A stretch of 64,000 nt of DNA, taken from an uncultured Boseongicola sp. (lineage in GTDB: Bacteria > Actinomycetota > Acidimicrobiia > Spongiisociales > ZC4RG35). Shown piece by piece: positions 41,046-50,810 of the stretch. The position numbers and the translations under genes were made by a program. The notes under the pieces were generated by a model. It did no database searches, was not told the DNA's origin, and saw only the letters and a list, made by a program, of their open reading frames with translations. The DNA lies in contig CAXMMT010000078.1 of assembly GCA_964194555.1 (NCBI GenBank), positions 10,576 to 74,575 on the forward strand. The letters are read 5' to 3'. How positions within the stretch are numbered: the first letter of the stretch is position 1; the number at the start of each line of letters is the position of its first letter.

Positions 41046-41591
41046 TTACGTGTTTTGGTTCCCCAGATGGTTGGCCAGAAGACGTCTTCCTCGAAACACC
41101 CTGGACTTCATCGTTCCCACGGGCACGCCCAGCGTCTGTGCAGCGTCAGGGAGGGACATCCCCTCGATGTCGGAGAGGACGATGGCCGTTCGAAACTCCG
41201 GCGGAAGCGAAGCAAGAGCCTCCTGAATCTCTGGTCGAAGCGCCGCTGCCTCGACCGTCTCATGCGCGGTCGGGTCGGCGGGGTCGAGATGTTCGGGCAT
41301 CGGCTCCGCTGGGCGTCTCTTCTGCTTCCTCAGCTGGTCGTAGCATGTGTTGACGGCGATGCGATAGACCCATGTGCCAAAGGTGGACTTGCCCTCGAAT
41401 TGGTGAGCCTTTCGAAAGGCGGTGAGGAATGTCTCCTGAGTGGCGTCGAGAGCCTTCTCCCTGTTTCCCAGTATTCGGAGACACACGGAGAAGACTCGAT
41501 CCTCATGGGTCTTCATGATCTCGGTGAAGGCCTCGTGATCGCCGTCGGCCACCCGCGCCAGAAGTACGGCGTCCTCGGTGGCTTTGGTCAC
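41046..41591 (-). CDS. ECF (sigma-70 family) RNA polymerase sigma factor, SigM-like
   Basis: Region 2 (FGTWVYRIAVNTCYDQLRKQKRR) and region 4 (LPPEFRTAIVLSDIEGMSLPDAAQTLGVPVGTMKSRV). The start is taken as the GTG at 41591, which overlaps the upstream stop by GTGA. The track ORF extends to 41663. Confidence 0.75.
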   Translation of the reverse strand: MTKATEDAVLLARVADGDHEAFTEIMKTHEDRVFSVCLRILGNREKALDATQETFLTAFRKAHQFEGKSTFGTWVYRIAVNTCYDQLRKQKRRPAEPMPEHLDPADPTAHETVEAAALRPEIQEALASLPPEFRTAIVLSDIEGMSLPDAAQTLGVPVGTMKSRVFRGRRLLANHLGNQNT

Positions 41592-42877
41592 GGGAGGAAT
41601 CGTACTTCTGAAATCGACGCATAAAACGACCCGTCGGCATGAAGGGGCAGCTCGGTCAGCCACACCAGCCAGAAACCACCCTCACGTGGAGGTAGGTTGA
41701 CCAATGTCGCTCCGTGCGCGGCTTGAGCTCCTGCTATCCGTGTCCACTCATCGAGTTGTGGAAAGAAGACGTCGGACCAATAGATCTCGAATCGAGTACC
41801 GACACTCAATCCGATCAACTGTGTTTGGGCGGGGGTTCCTCTCAGTGTGAAGGTCACACCCACACCGGGCTTGATCCCCGCGAGGGGGTCCTGGTAGCTC
41901 TCGGTTCGCCAGAATGTCGAGATGTTACCGTCGACGAGGTTGCCCACCGAGTCGTCGTTCTCACCACCACCCCCAAAGGGATCGAAGGTGGCGGCGTTCC
42001 CGATGGCGACCTCACCGACCGGTGACGTGGTCGATGACGACAATTCGGTGGTCGGGACCGAGGGCTTGGTAGTTGTGACCGGGGTTGGGAGGAGCGGCTC
42101 ACCTCCACCGGCGACGAAACGTCCCAGGGCCACGAGTCCGATAGCCACGACCACCAGGGTTATCGCTGAGATGATCAGACGCCGCGAAGCAACCCGCGGC
42201 TCAGCTATCGGCGAGCGGGGGGTAGGAGCCGCAATCAGAGCTTCCTCGAGGGCCGAGGCGGTGAGGTCGCCCGATTGGCCCGAGCGAAGTATGCGATCGA
42301 TGCTCCTGGAGAGACCGTCGATTCGCTCGGATGGCGGTGGACCGCCAGGCGGTGACCCTGTGAGGGCTGATTCGAGTGCTGCGGCGAGGCCGCTCACGTC
42401 GCCGTTGGCACCTGTGCGAGGTTCTCTGCCGAACGCGCCGAGCTTCGCGGCATGCGCCGACGAATAGGAAATAGCGGAGAGATCGATGGCCCCATGGATG
42501 GCTTCGATCTCATGAAGCGCGGCCAATGCACCCGCTAGGCCGGCGGCGTTGGGCAAGAAGTCGGGAAGCTCGATTGGATGCGACGCCTCGACTCGGTCGG
42601 CCACCGTCGAACCCCCGGTCCATTCGGAGACCGAGTAGGCGCCACCGGCCACCTCGGCCACGGCAAAGACCCGGGCGAGATGTGAGTGGGCGACCTTGGC
42701 AGCGTCACCAACCTGATCGACGAACTGTTTTCGTCTCTTCGAAGAAGTCTCGGGCCCGAGACTTCGCAAAAGCACCGGTCGATCCAGGGACGTGTCTGTT
42801 GCCAGCCACTCCTCGATGTCACCATCGCGGCCTAGACGCATCTCGAGCTTGAATCTGTCGGGTATCGCGGCCGGCAT
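41588..42877 (-). CDS. Membrane protein with N-terminal degenerate protein-kinase-like domain, one TM helix, and C-terminal discoidin/F5-8-type-C-like extracellular domain (resembles the C-terminal half of mycobacterial MviN)
   Basis: Kinase-like N-terminus without catalytic motifs. TM LIISAITLVVVAIGLVAL. C-terminal NLVDGNISTFWRTESYQ motif. Confidence 0.5.
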   Translation of the reverse strand: MPAAIPDRFKLEMRLGRDGDIEEWLATDTSLDRPVLLRSLGPETSSKRRKQFVDQVGDAAKVAHSHLARVFAVAEVAGGAYSVSEWTGGSTVADRVEASHPIELPDFLPNAAGLAGALAALHEIEAIHGAIDLSAISYSSAHAAKLGAFGREPRTGANGDVSGLAAALESALTGSPPGGPPPSERIDGLSRSIDRILRSGQSGDLTASALEEALIAAPTPRSPIAEPRVASRRLIISAITLVVVAIGLVALGRFVAGGGEPLLPTPVTTTKPSVPTTELSSSTTSPVGEVAIGNAATFDPFGGGGENDDSVGNLVDGNISTFWRTESYQDPLAGIKPGVGVTFTLRGTPAQTQLIGLSVGTRFEIYWSDVFFPQLDEWTRIAGAQAAHGATLVNLPPREGGFWLVWLTELPLHADGSFYASISEVRFLP

Positions 42878-42924
42878 TGCCGCTAGTTCAGCAGACTCCT
42901 TGTGGAGCGAAGACCACCGGGCGG

Positions 42925-43683
42925 TCAGGTCTTGTATCGAAGTATTCGAAGAGTGGTGCCGGTCGGCATGAATCCCTCTTTCGAATACAACCGACGGGCC
43001 TGGACATTCTCCTCGCGAACGTTGAGAACCATTGTCTGTGCGGACTTCTCACGAGCCCATTGCAGGGCTGCTCTCACGAGCTCAGAACCGATGTTCTTGC
43101 CACGGTGCTCGGAATGAACAGCGATGCGCTGAAGATAGGAGACGCTCCATTGGGCACCCACGATCGCGTACCCGGTAGCTCTGGTTTCCCCCACGGTCAG
43201 GACCACCGATCGGGTTGTCGAAGACATCGCCTCGGTCAGCCCGTCAACGCTCATTCTCCAGAATCCCTGGAAAGCGTGGCGGTCGATCTCGATGAGGGCG
43301 TCCCAATCCGGCTTCTCGGACTCGACGACCAATGAGGCCGGAGTCGACCTGTTCGATATCACTGGACGCTCCATCACATTGAGACGAAAGACTTCCTCAT
43401 ACCCGCACTTCAGCCAGACCCGGGTCGATGACCTATACAAGGCGGGCGAGTACACCGACGCCTGGCTCAGATCGACCAGATCCTCCGAGGCAGCTGTCAG
43501 AAAGTCACTGCTTCCCCGATCGAGTCTGAGAAAGGCGTCGGGTGTGTCGTCGTTCCACAACCTGGCACTGGCACGTGCCCACCCCCGGGAAAGTGTGACG
43601 GGTGCGGGCCAACGACCTTCGATACGGAGCCGGTGGGACACGTGTGGGAGAATATAACCATGCAGGTTGTTGTTGCGAGCCAC
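42925..43683 (-). CDS. GNAT family N-acetyltransferase (start uncertain; possibly internal M at 43374)
   Basis: Acetyl-CoA binding motif QRIAVHSEHRGKNIGSELV. The longest ORF would overlap the divergent deacetylase start. Confidence 0.55.
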   Translation of the reverse strand: MARNNNLHGYILPHVSHRLRIEGRWPAPVTLSRGWARASARLWNDDTPDAFLRLDRGSSDFLTAASEDLVDLSQASVYSPALYRSSTRVWLKCGYEEVFRLNVMERPVISNRSTPASLVVESEKPDWDALIEIDRHAFQGFWRMSVDGLTEAMSSTTRSVVLTVGETRATGYAIVGAQWSVSYLQRIAVHSEHRGKNIGSELVRAALQWAREKSAQTMVLNVREENVQARRLYSKEGFMPTGTTLRILRYKT

Positions 43684-44670
43684 CCTTCATCGTTGCAGCA
43701 CGACACGGGTCGCAATCATCCGGAGCGACCCGATCGAGTGCTGGCGGTTCGTCGGGGAATTGACGGATGTGGTCTAGACATCGTCGACATCGAGTCCCCA
43801 GAGATTCAGCGAAGCCAGCTCGCCGTCGTTCACGATGCCTCCTACATCGAGATGGTCGAGATGTTCTGCTCGCTGAGTGGGGGAGCCCTCGACATGGACA
43901 CCGTTGTGTCCGAGGAGTCGTGGCAGGCTGCCCTGACCGCAGCCGGGGGCGTTTGGGCGCTCATCGAGGAGTTGAGAACACGGCCCGACGCAACTGGTTT
44001 CGCCATATCGAGACCTCCCGGGCACCACGCTTTTCGCGATCGGGCCATGGGATTCTGTCTGTTCAACAACATTGCAGTCTCGGCGGCTCTGCTGCGCTCA
44101 CATGGGGAGAGGGTGGCGATTCTCGACTGGGATGTCCATCATGGAAACGGAACCCAATCGATGCTTGCCGATGATCCTGGGGTGCTGTACGTATCGATCC
44201 ATCAGGATCCGTTCTATCCGTTTGACGGCCATATCCGGGATATTGATGAGGGAGCTGCAAAGGGCACCACAGTCAACATCCCTCTGCCGGCGGGCACCGC
44301 GGGGGATGTCTACCGTCTTGCGTGGGGAGAGTTGGTGATTCCTGTTGTGAGGCAATTCGAGCCCGACTGGGTGCTCATCAGCGCCGGATTTGACGCCCAC
44401 ATCGATGACTCGCTGGGGGAGTTTCAACTCATGTCGAGCGACTTCGGCTGGTTGGCTGGGGCGGTCGCCGAAGCCCATCCGGTGAGCCGGGTGGTGGCGA
44501 CTCTGGAGGGCGGTTACGACCTGGACGCGCTGGAGCAGTCCACCATCGCCACCCTCATGGGTCTGGCGGGCATTGCTCCGATATCGAATGAGACGCGGGT
44601 TTCGCCGCCCGCGGCAGGGCAGGCGGTGGACAGAGCGGCACAAGCAATAGTGCGCCACTGGAAGGTGTGA
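43660..44670 (+). CDS. Histone deacetylase superfamily protein (acetoin utilization AcuC / acetylpolyamine amidohydrolase-like)
   Basis: RPPGHHA, DWDVHHGNGTQ, and SAGFDAH zinc-binding motifs. Confidence 0.8.
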   Translation: MQVVVASHPSSLQHDTGRNHPERPDRVLAVRRGIDGCGLDIVDIESPEIQRSQLAVVHDASYIEMVEMFCSLSGGALDMDTVVSEESWQAALTAAGGVWALIEELRTRPDATGFAISRPPGHHAFRDRAMGFCLFNNIAVSAALLRSHGERVAILDWDVHHGNGTQSMLADDPGVLYVSIHQDPFYPFDGHIRDIDEGAAKGTTVNIPLPAGTAGDVYRLAWGELVIPVVRQFEPDWVLISAGFDAHIDDSLGEFQLMSSDFGWLAGAVAEAHPVSRVVATLEGGYDLDALEQSTIATLMGLAGIAPISNETRVSPPAAGQAVDRAAQAIVRHWKV

Positions 44671-44957
44671 ATCGAATCTTGGACCCCGGATAGGACACTT
44701 TCAGAGCACTAGTGCTCTGGCCACGAACGTTGGCGATGTTGAGGGCGAGGCGGAGGCGTCTCTGACAAGGACGCAGGACGAAGGCGCACCGGCCCGTTCG
44801 TCGAGGACGAGGACACGGTCAGGGGCGTCACTGGACGTCCTGAACGCGGCAAACGTTTGTGGTCGGGGCACTAGTCAACTGCGGAGAGGTCATCCTTTCC
44901 CTCTCAACCTTGGTGCCGATCAGCCGATAACCACCGAGGACTCATCAGGGAAGGACT

Positions 44958-46037
44958 ATGGAAAGCAATATCGACGATCTTCTTGGACGCGCCGTCGCTG
45001 CGGGAGCTTCCGACTTCCATCTCAAGGTTGGGTCGGCGCCCATCGTTCGAATCGACGGAGAGCTGCGAAGACTGGACGGCATAGAGCCACTGCGTCCCTC
45101 TGATACAGAGGCCTACGCCGAGGTCATATTCACTCCAAAAGCAGCAGACGACTTCAAGACGGTTGGCACTGCCGATTTTGCGTATGGAAAGCATGAATTG
45201 GGACGGTTCCGGGTTACAGCGTTCAGACAGCGTGGCTCGGTCTCGATGGTCCTACGGAGGGTCGTGCCTGGCTCCAGAAGCTTCGCCGAGTTGGGGTTGC
45301 CCCGGATTGTCGAAAAGTTGGCCGCCGCCAAATCCGGTCTCGTTCTGGTGACTGGTCGATCCGGGTCAGGCAAGACCACGACCATTTCTTCGATGCTCGA
45401 CTGGATCAATTCCAATCGTGGAGCTGCCATTCTCACCGTCGAGGATCCGATTGAAGTCCTGCATCCCGACAAGCGCTCGGTGGTCGTGCAGCGCGAAGTC
45501 GGGGTCGACACGCCCAACATGGCAGAGGCGGTCCGGGGGGCCATGCGACACGACACGGATGTGATCATGGTCTCTGAGCTATCTGATCCGGAAACGGCCC
45601 GAGTGGCGATCGACGCTGCCGAGACAGGGCATTTGGTCATTTCTTCGATGAGAACCACCGATCCGGCAGAGACTGTCAGTCGGCTCGTATCGATGTTTCC
45701 CGACTCGCAGAAGGCAGTGATTCGGAGCCAACTGGCCGCTCAGCTACAGGCGATCATCAGCCAGCTTCTAGTTGAGACTTCGGACTCCGGGGTAACTCTT
45801 GTCTGTGAGATCCTCACGAACAATGAGAGAACACAGGAGTGGATCATGGGTGGTGAGGAGGCCTCCTTCCTCGTCGAAGTGATCAAGGACAGCGGCTTTC
45901 ATGGCATGCAGACCTTCGATCAAGCGCTGCTCAAGCAGGTCGTCGACCGCAAGGTCGAGATCGACTCTGCACTGCCTCACGCACGCAATTCCCACGAGAT
46001 GAAGGCCAAGGCGCTCGCCGCAGGCATCTCGGCCTGA
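44958..46037 (+). CDS. pilT: PilT-like type IV pilus retraction ATPase (PilT/PilU family)
   Basis: PilT N-terminal domain, Walker A GRSGSGKTTT, Asp box AILTVEDPIE, and His box GHLVISSMRTT. Confidence 0.75.
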   Translation: MESNIDDLLGRAVAAGASDFHLKVGSAPIVRIDGELRRLDGIEPLRPSDTEAYAEVIFTPKAADDFKTVGTADFAYGKHELGRFRVTAFRQRGSVSMVLRRVVPGSRSFAELGLPRIVEKLAAAKSGLVLVTGRSGSGKTTTISSMLDWINSNRGAAILTVEDPIEVLHPDKRSVVVQREVGVDTPNMAEAVRGAMRHDTDVIMVSELSDPETARVAIDAAETGHLVISSMRTTDPAETVSRLVSMFPDSQKAVIRSQLAAQLQAIISQLLVETSDSGVTLVCEILTNNERTQEWIMGGEEASFLVEVIKDSGFHGMQTFDQALLKQVVDRKVEIDSALPHARNSHEMKAKALAAGISA

Positions 46038-46098
46038 CCAACCCCAACAGTCTCGGATATGGTCGCGAGTATCTCGGCACCCGGCAGCGATAACCTGG

Positions 46099-47508
46099 GT
46101 GACCGTGATTCCCAAGCGGCTCGAATTCCTCACTTCTGCGGATCTTCCGCCGGCTCAACTGAGCGAGATCTTCGACAAGGCCGGTGAGGAACTTTTCCTG
46201 GTGGGCGGATCGGTCAGGGACGCGTTCCTGGAACGGCCCCTCGAAGACTTCGATTTCGCGACAAGCGCCCGTCCCGACATGGTGGTTCGACTCCTCACGG
46301 GATGGGCCGACACTATCTACAAGATCGGGGAGGCTTTTGGGACCATCGCGGCCCGGAAGGACGGGCACGCAATCGAGATAACAACATACCGGAGCGAGGT
46401 ATACCGCAACGACTCACGCAAACCTGTCGTCACCTACTCCGATGACATCGAGACGGATCTGAGCCGCCGAGACTTCACGGTGAACGCGATCGCCCTCTCG
46501 ATGACCGAGCTCGAGCCGATTGACCCGTACGGGGGTCTCCGAGACCTGGCGGCCATGTTGTTGAAGACCCCTCTCGATCCCGAGGTCTCCTTCGGAGACG
46601 ACCCGTTGCGGATGCTTCGTCTTTTCCGGTTTCAGGCCATGCTCGGCTTCGCGACTGAGGAGTCGGCTGTTGCGGCCGTTCGGATGATGGCGGATCGCCT
46701 GGAGATCATCTCGGCCGAGAGGATCAGGGATGAGCTGTCGAAGTTGCTGCTGGCTCCCACTCCCGGCAAGGCACTGGACATGGTGGTGTCCACAGGTCTT
46801 GCCGATCACTTTCTTCCGGAGTTGCCCCTCCTTGCCATGGAGCAGGACCCGATGCACAAACACAAAGACGTGCTTGCCCACACTTTTGCTGTTGTGGACA
46901 AGACATCACCTGATCTCGTGCTCCGTCTGGCTGCCCTTCTCCACGACGTCGGCAAGCCCGATACCCGTGAGTACGGTCCCCGTGGCGTGACCTTCCATCA
47001 CCATGAGGTGGTTGGTGCACGTTTGGCCCGACATCGTCTCAGGGCGCTCCGCTATCCGAAGGCGGTCGTCGACGATGTCAGCCGGCTCGTCTTTCTCCAC
47101 TTGAGACCTCATACGCTCAAGCTGGGCTGGACCGACTCTGCCGTTCGTCGTTATGTGCGGGACGCCGGTGATCTGGTCGACAGACTCAACGAGCTGGTGC
47201 GATGTGATGTCACAACCGCCAATCAACGTCGGGCGCAGGCGATCCGGTCGCGCATCGACGAGCTGGAGGAGCGAATCCTCGATCTGTCTGCCAGGGAGGA
47301 GCTGGCGAGACTACGTCCACCCCTTGACGGCAATCAGATAATGGACTACCTGGATCTCGATCCCGGCCCCCGGGTTGGGGCGATCATGGACATCCTGCTC
47401 GAGAAGCGCATCGATGACGGCCCGTATTCGGTGGAGGAGGCGTATCGGATCGTGAGGAAGTGGGCAATCGACAATGGTGTCTCCGACCCTGGTGATAAGG
47501 ACACCTAG
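46099..47508 (+). CDS. CCA-adding tRNA nucleotidyltransferase with HD domain (PcnA-like)
   Basis: Pol-beta NT motif GGSVRD...DFDFAT, an RxxRxxxF element, and HD motif LLHDVGKP. Confidence 0.8.
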   Translation: MTVIPKRLEFLTSADLPPAQLSEIFDKAGEELFLVGGSVRDAFLERPLEDFDFATSARPDMVVRLLTGWADTIYKIGEAFGTIAARKDGHAIEITTYRSEVYRNDSRKPVVTYSDDIETDLSRRDFTVNAIALSMTELEPIDPYGGLRDLAAMLLKTPLDPEVSFGDDPLRMLRLFRFQAMLGFATEESAVAAVRMMADRLEIISAERIRDELSKLLLAPTPGKALDMVVSTGLADHFLPELPLLAMEQDPMHKHKDVLAHTFAVVDKTSPDLVLRLAALLHDVGKPDTREYGPRGVTFHHHEVVGARLARHRLRALRYPKAVVDDVSRLVFLHLRPHTLKLGWTDSAVRRYVRDAGDLVDRLNELVRCDVTTANQRRAQAIRSRIDELEERILDLSAREELARLRPPLDGNQIMDYLDLDPGPRVGAIMDILLEKRIDDGPYSVEEAYRIVRKWAIDNGVSDPGDKDT

Positions 47509-47517
47509 CCTTGCCTG

Positions 47518-48456
47518 GTGATTCTGGTAGCCATCCCGGCCGTGGCATTGGCCGCGGTGTCCCTCGCCGCCTTTGCCGGCCGATGGGTCTGGTGGCTGGA
47601 CGTCCTCGCCAACTTTCGACCGCAGTATGTAGTGAGCCTGGTCATCCTGGGCCTGATCGTTCTGATGTCGAGATGGCGACGGATCGGGTATGGGATTCTG
47701 GCTGTCGCCGCGATCAACCTGGTGTTCGTCCTTCCCCTGTATGTTGGGTCACCCGGTGTGACCGATCCCGACTTGCCATCGCTGCGAGTGATGTCGTTCA
47801 ACCTTCTTTCGACAAACGCGAGCTACTCGAACGTGATCGAGTACATCAGGACGGTCGATCCTGATCTGGTTTTGCTCCACGAGGCAAGCCGGCCCTGGGA
47901 AGTAGCGATCGAGGCGGCGAATCTCGGCTACCAGGTGATTCGCCCTCGTTCGGACAGTCTCATCTTCGGCACCCTGGTGATGGTTCGAGGCGAGGATGTG
48001 GAGGCCATCTCCTACGGGTTTGCCGAGGCTCAGCCACGCGCTGTTTCGATCATGTACCGGCCGACCGGCTGGCCCGAAGGGGTCAGCGTCCTCTCGACTC
48101 ACCCGCTGGCGCCCACCGAGAAGGATCGCGCCCAGTTGAGGGACGCCCAACTCGACTTCGCGGCCACCTGGGCCGCGGACCAGGAAGACGGCATCATCGT
48201 GGTCGGTGATTTCAACGCCACCCCATGGTCATGGCCCTTTCGCAACCTCATGGCGAGGGCGCCGCTACGAAACTCCCAACTCGGTTTTGGAGTTCAACCG
48301 AGCTTTCCCACGTCGTCGACCTTTCTCATGAGAGTGCCAATAGACCACCTTCTTCATAGCGACACTCTGTCGGTGGTGGATCGCCGTCTCGGTCCTGCAA
48401 TGGGATCGGACCACTTTCCCCTCGTCGTCGACCTCCAGCTCAACTCGGGGAAATAG
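47518..48456 (+). CDS. Endonuclease/exonuclease/phosphatase (EEP) family membrane protein
   Basis: N-terminal TM helices followed by an EEP fold (VMSFNLLS, GDFNATPW, GSDHFPLVVDL). Confidence 0.7.
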   Translation: MILVAIPAVALAAVSLAAFAGRWVWWLDVLANFRPQYVVSLVILGLIVLMSRWRRIGYGILAVAAINLVFVLPLYVGSPGVTDPDLPSLRVMSFNLLSTNASYSNVIEYIRTVDPDLVLLHEASRPWEVAIEAANLGYQVIRPRSDSLIFGTLVMVRGEDVEAISYGFAEAQPRAVSIMYRPTGWPEGVSVLSTHPLAPTEKDRAQLRDAQLDFAATWAADQEDGIIVVGDFNATPWSWPFRNLMARAPLRNSQLGFGVQPSFPTSSTFLMRVPIDHLLHSDTLSVVDRRLGPAMGSDHFPLVVDLQLNSGK

Positions 48457-48470
48457 GTAACTTCTGGCTC

Positions 48471-49922
48471 ATGCCCGATCGATATGCAGAGCACCGCAGC
48501 CGTCTGGCGAAAGAGATTGGGTCGGAAGGTCTCGCCGTGATACCGGCGGCGACCGAGGTAATTCGCAACCACGATGTCGCTCACCATTTCCGACAGGACT
48601 CCGCGTTCTGGTATCTGACAGGCTTCCACGAACCAGACGCCGTGGCGGTGATCGCGCCGGGACATGATGATGGCGACTTCTGCCTTTTCGTGAGGCCGAA
48701 GGACCCGGCCCAGGAGGTCTGGACGGGAATCAGGGCTGGCAAGGAGGGAGCCCGTGAGGGGTTTGGCGCCGACATTGCATATGAGATCACTGACCTGGAG
48801 TCGGTCCTCGGACGTCTCATGATCGGCCGCGAAGTGCTCTGGTACGCGGCCGGTAACGACGGGTTCGACCACCGCATCACCGCCATCATCACCCAGGCGA
48901 GATCGCACCGGGAGCGTTTCGGGGGTGTAGTTCCGTCCACGGTGAAGGACGTCTCCGTCCCTTTGGGCGAGATGATGCTCTACAAACACGGTGAGGAGGC
49001 GGAGAGTCTCAGAGAAGCCTGCCACCTGAGCACCCTCGGCCACATCGAAGCGATGCGATTCGCCAAGCCGGGTATGTGGGAGCATCAGGTTCAGGCAGCC
49101 CTCGAATACTTCTGGCGATTGAACGGCTCGCCACGTAACGGCTACCCGTCGATCGTCGCGTCAGGAGCCAACGCCTGCATCCTCCACTACGAGGAGAATG
49201 ACAGTCAGATCGGTGCGAAGGACCTCATCCTCATCGACGCGGCCGCCGAAGTAGATGGCTACTCGGCAGATATCACCCGGACGTTCCCCGCCGGCGGCAG
49301 GTTCAGTGGCCCGCAGAAGGCGCTTTATGAAGTAGTCCTCGCGGCCGAGGTGAAAGGCATCGAGATGTGCGCACCGGGGTCAACCATGCGAGGCATCCAT
49401 GATGAGGCCACCAGGATTCTCACCGAGGGAATGGTCGATCTCGGGTTGCTTCCCTTGTCGGTCGAGGAGTCGCTTGCCATGCATCACTACACCGAGTTCT
49501 ACATGCATCGCACGGGTCACTGGCTCGGCCTCGATGTGCACGACCGTGGGAGCTACCGGGTAGAGGGTCAACCCAGGTCGCTGGAGCCTGGCATGTCGTT
49601 CACAGTGGAGCCCGGGCTGTATGTCGCCCCGGACAAGACAGAGATTGAGCTGACACTTCTCGCTTACGACCTAGACGAGCGAAATGAGCGCCGCATACGT
49701 CTCGGGCCGTCAGCAGCCTCGGCGAAGGATGCTGAAGAAAAAGAGAACGCCAAGACGATCACCCACCAGGTCCCCAAGGAGTTCCTCGGGATCGGCGTGC
49801 GCATCGAAGACGACATCTATGTCACGGCCGACGGCCGCGAGAATATGACATCCTCGGTTCCGACGGAGGTCACGGATGTTGAAGCGATGTGTGGCGAGGA
49901 GCCCTTGCTTCCAAGCAGTTAG
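48471..49922 (+). CDS. Xaa-Pro aminopeptidase (M24B family)
   Basis: AMP_N domain and pita-bread fold with metal ligands (DAAAEVDGYSADITRT, HRTGHWLGLDVHD, VEPG). The TAG stop is followed immediately by repeat copy 3. Confidence 0.8.
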   Translation: MPDRYAEHRSRLAKEIGSEGLAVIPAATEVIRNHDVAHHFRQDSAFWYLTGFHEPDAVAVIAPGHDDGDFCLFVRPKDPAQEVWTGIRAGKEGAREGFGADIAYEITDLESVLGRLMIGREVLWYAAGNDGFDHRITAIITQARSHRERFGGVVPSTVKDVSVPLGEMMLYKHGEEAESLREACHLSTLGHIEAMRFAKPGMWEHQVQAALEYFWRLNGSPRNGYPSIVASGANACILHYEENDSQIGAKDLILIDAAAEVDGYSADITRTFPAGGRFSGPQKALYEVVLAAEVKGIEMCAPGSTMRGIHDEATRILTEGMVDLGLLPLSVEESLAMHHYTEFYMHRTGHWLGLDVHDRGSYRVEGQPRSLEPGMSFTVEPGLYVAPDKTEIELTLLAYDLDERNERRIRLGPSAASAKDAEEKENAKTITHQVPKEFLGIGVRIEDDIYVTADGRENMTSSVPTEVTDVEAMCGEEPLLPSS

Positions 49923-49926
49923 GTGA

Positions 49927-50104
49927 GCGACAGACCATTAGTGATCTGTCGCCCAAATAGCTACTCGGTCTGACCGGCCCTCGGCGCCCCTGGCGGCGTC
50001 CTCCGCCTCGACGCAGCTACGGCTGCGCCTTCGTTGTGTGTCCTGGCCAGATGACGCCGATGACTCGGTGACACCGCGGCATCAATTGAGCGACAGACCA
50101 CTAG
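49927..50104 (+). repeat. MITE/REP-like element, copy 3, preceded by a solo terminal-repeat fragment
   Basis: GCGACAGACCATTAG followed by TGATCTGTCGCCCAAATAGC ... GCGACAGACCACTAG. The right-end CTAG supplies the TAG stop of the minus-strand gene that ends at 50101. Confidence 0.75.
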
Positions 50105-50763
50105 ATCGTCGCCGGGATGGCGTAGAGCCAGATCGCCATGAAGTGGAGGACGCTTGCCGTGACCACCAGAACGTGGAACAACTCGTGGTAGGAGAAGCTC
50201 CTGGGTAGGAGTCTTGGCCACTTGGTCAGGAAGATCACGGCCCCGACCGTGTAGCAGAGGCCCCCAAGGAGGATCAGAGCAACGGCGCTCCACCCGAGTT
50301 CCTCGATGATCCGCGGCAACCAGGCGATCGCAATCCAGCCCATCGAGAGCTGCAATGACACCGAGAGCCATGTCTTGACATTCGGAAGAAGAGACTTCAG
50401 GACGATTCCGGTTGCCGCGATGCCCCAAAGCAAGCTCAGGCTCACTGCCAGGGACACACCGTCGAGGATGGCAATGACGACGGGAGTGAAGGTGCCGGCC
50501 ACGACTAGATAGATCATCGAGTGGTCGACTCGCTGCAGGCGGGTTTTCCATCTTTGTTCCCAGGGGATGGAGTGGTAGAGCGACGAGACGATGTACATCA
50601 CCAGCAAGGCCAGGCCGAAGATCAGAGCACCAGCCAACGCAGCTGCACTTCCCCAGGCACGGATGATCAGGAATACGAGACCGACGACAGTCGCAACCGC
50701 GGCGCCCCCGTGGAGGAACCCCCTGATGGGGTTTTGCATTTTTCCGAGGGTGAGACGGTCCAC
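50101..50763 (-). CDS. Hemolysin III / PAQR family membrane protein
   Basis: Seven TM helices and conserved His residues (SSLYHS, HELFHVLV). Confidence 0.75.
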   Translation of the reverse strand: MDRLTLGKMQNPIRGFLHGGAAVATVVGLVFLIIRAWGSAAALAGALIFGLALLVMYIVSSLYHSIPWEQRWKTRLQRVDHSMIYLVVAGTFTPVVIAILDGVSLAVSLSLLWGIAATGIVLKSLLPNVKTWLSVSLQLSMGWIAIAWLPRIIEELGWSAVALILLGGLCYTVGAVIFLTKWPRLLPRSFSYHELFHVLVVTASVLHFMAIWLYAIPATI

Positions 50764-50810
50764 TGGAGAACAGGTTATTCGTCTTCTCGCCGGTACGATG
50801 AAACATCGTC

